A DNA stretch of 64,000 nucleotides from Roseibacillus sp. (GTDB lineage Bacteria; Verrucomicrobiota; Verrucomicrobiia; Verrucomicrobiales; Akkermansiaceae), in NCBI GenBank assembly GCA_051251855.1, contig JBPOGI010000001.1, positions 544,001 to 608,000 on the forward strand. Direction: 5' to 3'. Position numbers and translations under genes: made by a program. Of this stretch, positions 56,944-64,000 are shown piece after piece. The notes beneath the pieces were generated by a model, which did not search any database, had not been told where the DNA came from, and worked only from the letters and a program-made list of their open reading frames with translations. Numbering within the stretch: position 1 is the stretch's first letter; every line of letters begins with the position of its first letter.

Positions 56944-57088
56944 AGCTGATTTGCGACTGCTTCTACGCCTGCGAAGTGGTAGCTTTGCGTCCTTTTTGGG
57001 CGCTGAGGCCTAAGCCGAGGGTGCCGGAGAGAGTCGGAAACTCGGTCGAGAAATCAGGGCCCTGCGGCCAGAAATACAAACTACGACT

Positions 57089-58165
57089 TTACTGAGGAGT
57101 CGCTACCAAGGGAGAGTGACCAAGGTCTGTAGCGAGCTTGTTGAAGCCGTCGACTTCTTCTTGCGTGAAAAGGAGGGCGTCTGCTTCGTCGGAGCGATTA
57201 CGGAACTGGGCTTCCATCTGTCCAGGGATGTTGGCGTCGGGGTTGCCGCGTAGGATGTCGGCGAGCACGTGCTTGAGGTTATCGAGCTGGCTGCGACCCA
57301 TGCCGAAGTTATTGGAAGAAAGAGCTTCGGGGTGGATGACCTGAAAGTAGAAGGTCGCGGTGTTCTTCTCGCGTGCATTCTCGGTGAGACGTCCGCGTAA
57401 AGAGGGCAAGGAGCCACCAATAAACGCGGCGAGGACCTCATTAATAAGAGAAAGACCGTAGCCCTTATGTGTGCCGAAAGGGAGAAGGGCATGAACACGA
57501 TTGGGGTCGGTTGTTACTTTTCCGTCGCGATCAATGGCTGAATCGGCGGGGAGCTCTTTACCGCTGTTGCGGGCGGACTCGACGCGATACATGTCGATAT
57601 TGGAGGTGATCCAGTCGACGAGGAGAGGGAAACCAAGGGCGGGAGAGGTGGGGAAGGCCCAAGAATGAGGGTTGGTGCCCAAGGTGGGGCGGTTGCCTCC
57701 GAGAGGCGCTACTTCGGCAAGAGGCGAGGTGGCGTGGGTGTAGGCAATAAAGCCTCGTTCGGCGGCAGCCATGACATAGCCAGCTCCCCAAAGGTAGGGC
57801 GAGGCATTGTCGACCGAGATTTGCGCGACTCCATATTGGTTAGCGAGCTCGATGGCACGGTCGATGGCGCGATAGGCCACGGCGGGACCAAATTTCTTGT
57901 TTGCGTTCCATGTTTCGGAGGCGGGAAAACGAGAGGGGACGACTTCCACTTCGGCGCCGGGGACGCAGCCTCCTGTGTTGGAACCGAAGTAATGGTCATT
58001 GTAGAGAGCACGGAGGGCAATGTGCGGCCTGACACCGTGTCGGGCCGCCTCAGCGCAAAGGTAGGTTCCCGGTGCGACTTCATCGGCCTTGAAGCCTCGC
58101 TTCAAAAAGGCGGTAGCGACCAAGGCATCGTGGTCTTTTCGGGAAACAGCTAGAAAGTCGGACAT
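57089..58165 (-). CDS. Ldh_2 family (malate/L-lactate/ureidoglycolate dehydrogenase-like) oxidoreductase, divergent
   Basis: APLGG..PTLGTNP, AIDRDGKVTTDP, LLPFGTHKGYGLSL, C-terminal IPG. Confidence 0.8.
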   Translation of the reverse strand: MSDFLAVSRKDHDALVATAFLKRGFKADEVAPGTYLCAEAARHGVRPHIALRALYNDHYFGSNTGGCVPGAEVEVVPSRFPASETWNANKKFGPAVAYRAIDRAIELANQYGVAQISVDNASPYLWGAGYVMAAAERGFIAYTHATSPLAEVAPLGGNRPTLGTNPHSWAFPTSPALGFPLLVDWITSNIDMYRVESARNSGKELPADSAIDRDGKVTTDPNRVHALLPFGTHKGYGLSLINEVLAAFIGGSLPSLRGRLTENAREKNTATFYFQVIHPEALSSNNFGMGRSQLDNLKHVLADILRGNPDANIPGQMEAQFRNRSDEADALLFTQEEVDGFNKLATDLGHSPLVATPQ

Positions 58166-58361
58166 GATTCTTTGCTGCTAGGTAAAACCTTTAAGGAGGG
58201 AAACGGAAGTGCGATCTCTGGCAGAGTGTCAGCAAAGCGTGTCAGGATTGGCAAGAAAAGGGGCGGCAATGGCCTTCGAATGAAGGCTGTGGGACTGTGA
58301 CGGGCCCGTTTTTCCAGTGCTAGAGAACGAAAGCAAGGTTGACGAGAAGGGTTCTTGGGTT

Positions 58362-58979
58362 ATGGAAACGGGCGTGAACGAAGAATTGGAAGAAGTTGTT
58401 GCTAAGGAGGAGACTGCTCCTGTTGAGGGTTCAGCTCCCCAGCAGGGAGCTGAAGGGGAGGAGAATCTTGCTGAGCAACCGGAGGAATTGGACCCAATGG
58501 CGGCCTTGGAAGCCGAAGTTCAGAAGTATAAGGATGAGTCGCTCCGTCGAGCCGCTGAGATGGATAATTACCGTAAGCGGATGGCTAAGGAGCTGGAGCA
58601 GAGCCGTAAGTTTTCCAATCAAGGTTTGTTAATGGAGCTTTTACCGGTGCTTGATAATTTCGGGATGGGGATGCAAATGGCGGAGAAGGAACAGGGTTCG
58701 ATGCTTTTCCAAGGCATGTCGATGGTACAAGGGCAGTTGAGCGAGTTTTTCTCGAGTCAGGGCGTGAAACCAGTGGCAGTCGATACGGGAAGTGATTTCG
58801 ACCCCAACTTTCATGAGGCTGTGAGCCAAGAAGTTTCTAACGAGGTCGAGGAAGGCAAAGTGCTGCGCGTGGTTCGCGGAGGATATTTCATTGGTGATCG
58901 TCTTCTTCGTCCCGCGAATGTGATTGTTGCTAGGTCTCAAGAGAGTGCCGATGCGGCTGGAGAGGAGGAGGCGAAGTAA
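58362..58979 (+). CDS. grpE: Nucleotide exchange factor GrpE
   Basis: AEMDNYRKR, LLPVLDNF, FDPNFHEAV, GYFIGDRLLRPANV. Confidence 0.95.
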   Translation: METGVNEELEEVVAKEETAPVEGSAPQQGAEGEENLAEQPEELDPMAALEAEVQKYKDESLRRAAEMDNYRKRMAKELEQSRKFSNQGLLMELLPVLDNFGMGMQMAEKEQGSMLFQGMSMVQGQLSEFFSSQGVKPVAVDTGSDFDPNFHEAVSQEVSNEVEEGKVLRVVRGGYFIGDRLLRPANVIVARSQESADAAGEEEAK

Positions 58980-60146
58980 ATGGCTGAGCGCGACTACTAC
59001 GAGGTTTTAGGAGTTTCGAAAGGAGCTTCGGCTGCTGAAATTAAGAAGTCCTATCGCAAGATGGCGATGAAGTATCATCCGGACCAAAATCCAGATGATC
59101 CCAAGGCTGAGGAAAAATTTAAGGAACTGGGTGAGGCCTATCAAGTTCTCAGTGACGAGGATAAGAAGGCGGCCTACGACCGTTATGGGCATTCTGCTTT
59201 CAAGCAGGGTGGCATGGGCGGAGGAGGCGGTGGCTTCGGAGGAGGTGGCGGCTTTGGCGACCCGATGGATATCTTTTCACAAGTCTTTGGTGGAGCCTTT
59301 GGCGGCGGCGGAGGTGGTTTTGAGGACCTCTTTGGCGGAGGTGGGGGACGACGTCGTGATCCTTCCGGAAAGCAGCGAGGAAGCGACTTGCGCTATGATT
59401 TGGAGATTAGCTTGGAAGAAGCGGCGAGTGGCGCAGAGAAGGAACTCGAAATCGAGCGTTCGATGCCTTGTAGCACTTGTAAATCCTCTGGCTCCAAAGG
59501 TGGAGGAAGTTCGGCCTGCACAAGTTGCGGTGGCCGTGGAGTGGTGACACGTCAAGCGGGTATCTTTGTGCAACAAACGACGTGTCCCGAGTGTCGGGGG
59601 GCGGGTCAAACGATTTCGGATCCTTGTAATGATTGTCACGGAGATGGTCGCATCGAGAAATCAGATCGGATTAAGATTAAGATTCCACCAGGGGTTGACG
59701 ATGGCATTCGATTGCGGTCCTCCGGGAATGGTGATGCGGGAATGCGTGGAGGTGCTTCAGGCGACCTTTATGTCTTCTTGCATGTTCGGGCTCACAATGT
59801 TTTCCAACGCGAAGACGATGACCTTTTTTGTGAAGTGCCAGTTCCGTTCTCAGTAGCGGCTTTGGGAGGAGAGATTGATGTGCCAACCTTAGAGGGCAAG
59901 GCGTCGATTAAGGTTCCTACCGGAACGCAAGGAGGCACCGTCTTCCGTCTGCGCGGTCGCGGAATGCCGGAAGTGGGTGGTGGTCGTAAAGGTGATCTCC
60001 ACATTCAGGCCAGTGTGGAAGTTCCAACGAACTTGGATTCGAGCCAGAAGGAAAAGTTGCGTGAATTCGCGGAGTCCATTGGTCAGAAAAATTCTCCCAT
60101 GCAAGAAGGCTTCCTCGAGCGAACAAAGAAGTTCTTTGGTAAGTAG
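58980..60146 (+). CDS. dnaJ: Chaperone DnaJ
   Basis: [11 protein letters not shown] motif, G/F-rich region, four CxxC zinc-finger repeats, GDLYV. Confidence 0.97.
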   Translation: MAERDYYEVLGVSKGASAAEIKKSYRKMAMKYHPDQNPDDPKAEEKFKELGEAYQVLSDEDKKAAYDRYGHSAFKQGGMGGGGGGFGGGGGFGDPMDIFSQVFGGAFGGGGGGFEDLFGGGGGRRRDPSGKQRGSDLRYDLEISLEEAASGAEKELEIERSMPCSTCKSSGSKGGGSSACTSCGGRGVVTRQAGIFVQQTTCPECRGAGQTISDPCNDCHGDGRIEKSDRIKIKIPPGVDDGIRLRSSGNGDAGMRGGASGDLYVFLHVRAHNVFQREDDDLFCEVPVPFSVAALGGEIDVPTLEGKASIKVPTGTQGGTVFRLRGRGMPEVGGGRKGDLHIQASVEVPTNLDSSQKEKLREFAESIGQKNSPMQEGFLERTKKFFGK

Positions 60147-60157
60147 TTTCTTGGGCC

Positions 60158-60883
60158 ATGGACCGGTTCTTTCTTTTTCCTACAGACTGGAGCCCCGAGA
60201 GGCTCTCGTTAGCGGGTGAGGAAGGTCATCACGCTGTGCGGGTGATGCGCAAGAAGGTGGGAGACTGCATCGAAGTATTCGATGGCGCTGGGCGTTGGGC
60301 GCGTGGAGAGGTCACCACGGTGGAGCGAGCTGGGTTGACGATGGATATCAGAGAAGAAGGGACGTCGCCTGAGGTGGCCACCCAAGTCTCTCTAGCGGTG
60401 TCGGTTCCTAAAGGGAAGACGATGGACCTGGTGGTGCAAAAGGCGGTTGAGTTAGGAGTGAATAGGATTCAGCCCTTGGTGACGACCAATAGCGTGGTGA
60501 AGATTGGAGAGAAAGACGCCGCAGAGAAATCGCAGAAGTGGCAGCGAGTTGCCTTGGAGGCCTGTAAACAGTGTGGGCAGAATTTTTTGCCCGTGGTAGA
60601 GCCGGTCAAGACTCTCACCCACTATCTAGCTGAAGAGAGACAAGGAGAGGCGATTATAGCCTCTTTGGCTCCAGGTGCAGTTCCCGTAAGGGAGACTCTG
60701 GAGGGACTGCCCGATGATTGTGGGCAAGTGTCCTTTTTGGTGGGGCCCGAGGGGGATTTTTCTCTCAGCGAAGTTGGAGATGCTCTTGCTGCTGGCTTTC
60801 GACCGGTAAGTTTAGGTGAGATTGTTCTAAGGGTTGAAACTGCCTGTCTGTTCTTAGCTTCGTCGGCTCGTTATCGATTTTAG
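60158..60883 (+). CDS. rsmE: 16S rRNA m3U1498 methyltransferase
   Basis: HHAVRVMR, QKAVELGV, EACKQCG, VGPEGDFS, LGEIVLRVETA. Confidence 0.94.
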   Translation: MDRFFLFPTDWSPERLSLAGEEGHHAVRVMRKKVGDCIEVFDGAGRWARGEVTTVERAGLTMDIREEGTSPEVATQVSLAVSVPKGKTMDLVVQKAVELGVNRIQPLVTTNSVVKIGEKDAAEKSQKWQRVALEACKQCGQNFLPVVEPVKTLTHYLAEERQGEAIIASLAPGAVPVRETLEGLPDDCGQVSFLVGPEGDFSLSEVGDALAAGFRPVSLGEIVLRVETACLFLASSARYRF

Positions 60884-60907
60884 CTTGGAGCAAGCTCGTT
60901 ACTGATC

Positions 60908-61576
60908 CTAGAGAAGATCCGGGCGATTTTCGCGGGTGCGCTGGAGGGCTTGTTCTTTCTTCCAGGCTCCGATTTTGGCATGGTGTCCGGAGAGGAGTAC
61001 CTCTGGGACTTGGAGTCCGCGAAATTCGTTGGGCTTGGTGTAGGCGGGGGCCTCAAGAAGATTAGGGTCGGAGAAGGACTCCTCTTCGGGGGAGCGTTCG
61101 TCGCCGAGGGCTCCAGGGAGAAGGCGGATGATGGCGTCACAAAGGACTGCGGCAGCGATGGCGCCATTGGTGAGCACGTAGTCGCCGATGGAGAGTTCGA
61201 GGTCGACAAGTTCGGTGATGACGCGGTGGTCAACGCCCTCGTAGTGTCCGCAGATAAGGATAAGATGTTGCTCGGATGAGAGTTCGCGGACAGTTGCTTG
61301 TTTGAGAACTTGGCCTTGGGGGGTAAGGAGAACGACCTTTGAATTGGCGGAGCGCAGTTCTTCGATGGCCGCAAAGAGGGGCTCGGGTTTCAGGAGCATG
61401 CCTTGGCCGCCACCGCAGAGATATTCGTCAGTTTTGCGATGCTTGCCGGTGGCCCAATCGCGGAGTTGGTGCGCGTGGACTTCAGCAATATTGTGTTGGC
61501 GGGCGCGCTTGATGATGCTCTCAGAGAGAGGAGCAAGGGCAACCTCAGGAAAGAGGGTAATAATGTCGACGCGCAT
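60908..61576 (-). CDS. trmD: tRNA (guanine37-N1)-methyltransferase
   Basis: IITLFPE, GGGQGMLLKPEP, LLTPQG, ICGHYEGVDHR, SIGDYVLTNG, VPEVLLSGHH. Confidence 0.96.
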   Translation of the reverse strand: MRVDIITLFPEVALAPLSESIIKRARQHNIAEVHAHQLRDWATGKHRKTDEYLCGGGQGMLLKPEPLFAAIEELRSANSKVVLLTPQGQVLKQATVRELSSEQHLILICGHYEGVDHRVITELVDLELSIGDYVLTNGAIAAAVLCDAIIRLLPGALGDERSPEEESFSDPNLLEAPAYTKPNEFRGLQVPEVLLSGHHAKIGAWKKEQALQRTRENRPDLL

Positions 61577-61626
61577 ACGGGGCCCAAGTCTCAACACGGG
61601 TTGACTTCATGAGCAATAGCGGACTT

Positions 61627-62103
61627 TTACCACTGCTTATAAATAGCGGGCTGCGGGTTGTAGGTGTAGTCCGTCAGGCTTCCACCACCACCTGTGCAGA
61701 TGTAGAGTTCGCCGTACGCTGGGATGATGTCGCCACTACCAGCTACGAAGTCAAAGTTCTGGCCTGATACGGGGTGTTCAGGCAACTCTCCGTCTTCTTT
61801 AGGAAGTCCTGTGCCTCGGTCGATTCCGTTGGGAACATATTTCCCTTGGCCAAAGATAAAGTCGGGTAGGTCTGTGAGTGTAGACCCTTCAATTCCTTCG
61901 ATTTGACAATGAGTGCGCATTCCCATCTGAGCGCTGCGAATCTCTAAAATCGCAATTGTGCGGTCGCTTCCTCGTTTCCATGCGCTGACGCCAACGAAGG
62001 TCACGCCAATAAGACTGAAAATCACAAGAATGACGACCGTCAGCTCGATAAGCGTCATGCCGGACTTGGCAGTGAAGGTTCTCTTTGAGGGGGAAGATTT
62101 CAT
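61627..62103 (-). CDS. Type IV pilin-like protein (prepilin N-terminal cleavage/methylation domain)
   Basis: KSG|MTLIELTVVILVIFSLIGVTFVG with Glu at +5; AWKRGSDR; two Cys. Confidence 0.85.
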   Translation of the reverse strand: MKSSPSKRTFTAKSGMTLIELTVVILVIFSLIGVTFVGVSAWKRGSDRTIAILEIRSAQMGMRTHCQIEGIEGSTLTDLPDFIFGQGKYVPNGIDRGTGLPKEDGELPEHPVSGQNFDFVAGSGDIIPAYGELYICTGGGGSLTDYTYNPQPAIYKQW

Positions 62104-62313
62104 AGTTAAGATGCTTTAAATGTCAGCAACGAGAGTCTTTTAGCATACATAGACCGTTTTTTTTATAAAAATCTTGGGGAAATACTCGTTTATTTCGATT
62201 CTTCTCCTCGAGAGATTAATCCGTAGGCTTCCTGTTTCCTGACTCATTGAGAGTGTGATATCGCTATCAAATTGATAATCAGTTACGGAGAGACGAGATT
62301 TGATAGCTCTTTT

Positions 62314-63999
62314 TCACCGAGAGTGGAGATAGCTCCAAATTGCTTCGAACTGTTGAGATCTGTCGTTACCGAAGTCAAGCAGGGGTGTTTTGCCCTCCTC
62401 GTCGGCGTAGCGCGGCATTTTGGTTGCTGAATTGATTCGAGTGGGATTGTGCATCCAGCGGTAGAAAAAGGTCTCTCGAAGGCGGTGTTTGGTGAGATCG
62501 AAATTGATGCCGACCACTTCGAAGGCGGCAGTAGGTGCGGCTTCGCCGACACCGTGACATGTCGTACAGCCGAATCCCGCTTCGGAGCCAATGAGCTTTT
62601 CCCCTATTGTGATGCTCTCTAGGTCGGTTATTTTTTCCACCGGTTGGGATGGGCTGAGACCGTGAAGAGCGGCGATTCCAGCCGCGAAGGTGTCGGGAGA
62701 ATGATTGGCGAATCCAGGCATGCGGGCATCGAGCCAAGGGCGCGGTCGAGGTTGGGCTTCTCCTTTAAGGATAGACGAGAGGTAGCTGGTGTGGAGCATT
62801 TCTCCGGTGTGGGTGAGGCTGGGGAGACTTTGGTCGACTTTTTCTTCGATCTTGAGGTGGGCAGCAAGGAAGGCTGATTGTGAGTGCTGCGAGCCAAGCA
62901 AAGCGGGCATGTCATCTTGGCTGTGGCAGGCGGTGCAGCGAAGAGATCGCAGTTGGCGTTCTGCTAGGGAGACTGGGGTGTCTTTTTTGAGAGATTCGAG
63001 ATGCTGGCTGCGCAGGGATTCCAGAGCTTGGCCTGCTTCGGGTGGCAGGTTGAGGTGGCTGGTTTCGGATTCGTAACAGGGGGCCGACTCCCAGGGCGTT
63101 TTGACAATGGATTCAAAGGGGGGCATGGCTGAGGGGTCAAAGGGCAGGCCGGCATGGCACGCTCCGCACTGCATTTTAGTGGAAAGGGCTGGACCGTTGG
63201 CGGCATTTCCAGTGGGGAAAGTGATGGTCTTGGTCTCCCCTTTGGAAGTGGCGTCGAGAAGGTAGCTGGTGAGATTGGCTGCTTCCTCTTCGCTGAGACG
63301 AAAATCGGGCATGCGGGTGTGAGGCGAAAGTTTCGAGGGCTCGAGGAGAAAGTCCCTGAGAGCGCTGGGCTTGAATTTGGCAGAGAGATGGCTGAGGGGA
63401 ACTCTGTCGTGAGAAGGGGTGGTCTCGTCGGGGAGTTCGTGGCAGGTGACGCAGGCAAGTTTGTGGAAGGTGGCACCGCCTTCTTGGATCGAACCCGCAA
63501 TAGGGGGCGACTTGGCACCGGTCTTCATGGTCATCAGGTAGGCGGCGAGATCGGCAGCTTGTTGGCGGCCCTCTTCGTTGTCAGCAACGAGGCGGGGCAT
63601 GTTGGTGTCGGGGCGAATGGAGGCAGGGTTGGCGATCCAATGGGCGAGCCAAGGTTCGTTGAGGCGGTCGCCGGTGAGTCCAAGAATGGGCGGAATTTGA
63701 GTAAGTTCAGGCATGGCTTGGCTTCCGAATCCTTCAGTGGGGAGGTGGCACTTGCTGCAAAGGTGGCGTGCGAAGATTTCGCGGCCCTGATAGACGAGGG
63801 TGTGCTCGGCGAGGGTAGGATCGACTTCGCCGAAAGCGCTGGGAGGAATGGGTTCGCGAGGAAAGGCCCGCTCTTCCCAGAAAAGCTGAAAGCGCGCTTC
63901 TTCTTCGTCCGAGGGTGACTGATAGTGGAGGGTAAATTCGTGTTCGCCCGAGTTGAGACGGAGGCGTTCAGATTGCGCTGTCCCGAGGGTGCCAGATTC
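62314..63999 (-). CDS. Multiheme c-type cytochrome (at least five CxxCH) preceded by a PA14-like segment; 5'-truncated
   Basis: The frame stays open from 63714 to the window edge: ...RLNSGEHEFTLHYQSPSDEEEARFQLFWEERAFPREPIPPSAF...LCSKCH...; CxxCH motifs are CSKCH, CVTCH, CGACH, CTACH and CTTCH. Confidence 0.85.
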   Translation of the reverse strand, partial: ESGTLGTAQSERLRLNSGEHEFTLHYQSPSDEEEARFQLFWEERAFPREPIPPSAFGEVDPTLAEHTLVYQGREIFARHLCSKCHLPTEGFGSQAMPELTQIPPILGLTGDRLNEPWLAHWIANPASIRPDTNMPRLVADNEEGRQQAADLAAYLMTMKTGAKSPPIAGSIQEGGATFHKLACVTCHELPDETTPSHDRVPLSHLSAKFKPSALRDFLLEPSKLSPHTRMPDFRLSEEEAANLTSYLLDATSKGETKTITFPTGNAANGPALSTKMQCGACHAGLPFDPSAMPPFESIVKTPWESAPCYESETSHLNLPPEAGQALESLRSQHLESLKKDTPVSLAERQLRSLRCTACHSQDDMPALLGSQHSQSAFLAAHLKIEEKVDQSLPSLTHTGEMLHTSYLSSILKGEAQPRPRPWLDARMPGFANHSPDTFAAGIAALHGLSPSQPVEKITDLESITIGEKLIGSEAGFGCTTCHGVGEAAPTAAFEVVGINFDLTKHRLRETFFYRWMHNPTRINSATKMPRYADEEGKTPLLDFGNDRSQQFEAIWSYLHSR

Positions 64000-64000
64000 T

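Noticed and set aside
58297..58323. Possible CIRCE element before grpE
   Set aside because: Only a right-half-like CAGTGCTAG is present; the position of the left half reads GTGACGGGC, not TTAGCACTC.
59215..59348. GGC/GGA/GGT-rich low-complexity stretch
   Set aside because: Normal G/F-rich linker of DnaJ.
62135..62160. Sigma-54 promoter upstream of the pilin
   Set aside because: GG-to-GC spacing on the minus strand is 9 nt rather than 10, and there is no TGGCAC.
1..64000. tRNA, rRNA, IS/transposase, prophage or defence genes
   Set aside because: None recognised by eye; tRNAscan-SE, Infernal and DefenseFinder would be needed to exclude small or divergent ones.

Overview
About 64 kb of gene-dense bacterial chromosome, most likely from a marine member of Verrucomicrobiota (Verrucomicrobiales-like). 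This is inferred from the PEP-CTERM proteins, a PVC-type heme-binding CxxCH protein, Verrucomicrobia-style prepilin-like proteins and many Cys-type sulfatases. Contents from left to right: (1) The 3' end of a large secreted passenger-repeat protein. (2) A tightly packed ~16.5 kb operon (1633-18112) with six sulfatases, a GH141-like beta-helix protein and an esterase, plus a 1137-aa PilX/GspK-like prepilin protein and a small partner in its middle. (3) kdsD, a PhoD-like phosphatase and SUI1. (4) A PEP-CTERM protein followed by a large protein carrying the same N-terminal domain but a different C-terminal tail. (5) yqgE, an MFS permease, phoBR, parE and bioF. (6) Two tandem lamin-tail-domain surface proteins, a TM2 protein, a PVC heme protein and mqo. 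(7) A ~12 kb module (PEP-CTERM protein, TSP3-repeat protein, FG-GAP/ASPIC protein, NarL-type two-component system, GH3) whose promoters all carry a 16-bp palindrome CCCCTC-N4-GAGGGA. (8) A DUF1080-sulfatase fusion, a divergent Ldh_2 oxidoreductase, grpE-dnaJ-rsmE, trmD, an orphan type IV pilin, and the 3' part of a PA14/penta-heme cytochrome c. I recognised no rRNA, tRNA, CRISPR array or transposase. The best candidates for undescribed systems are the pilin-like pair standing where SusCD normally would in a sulfated-glycan locus, a shared C-terminal sorting-like domain that alternates with PEP-CTERM, and the palindrome-defined regulon. All family assignments come from motif recognition by eye; no database searches were run.
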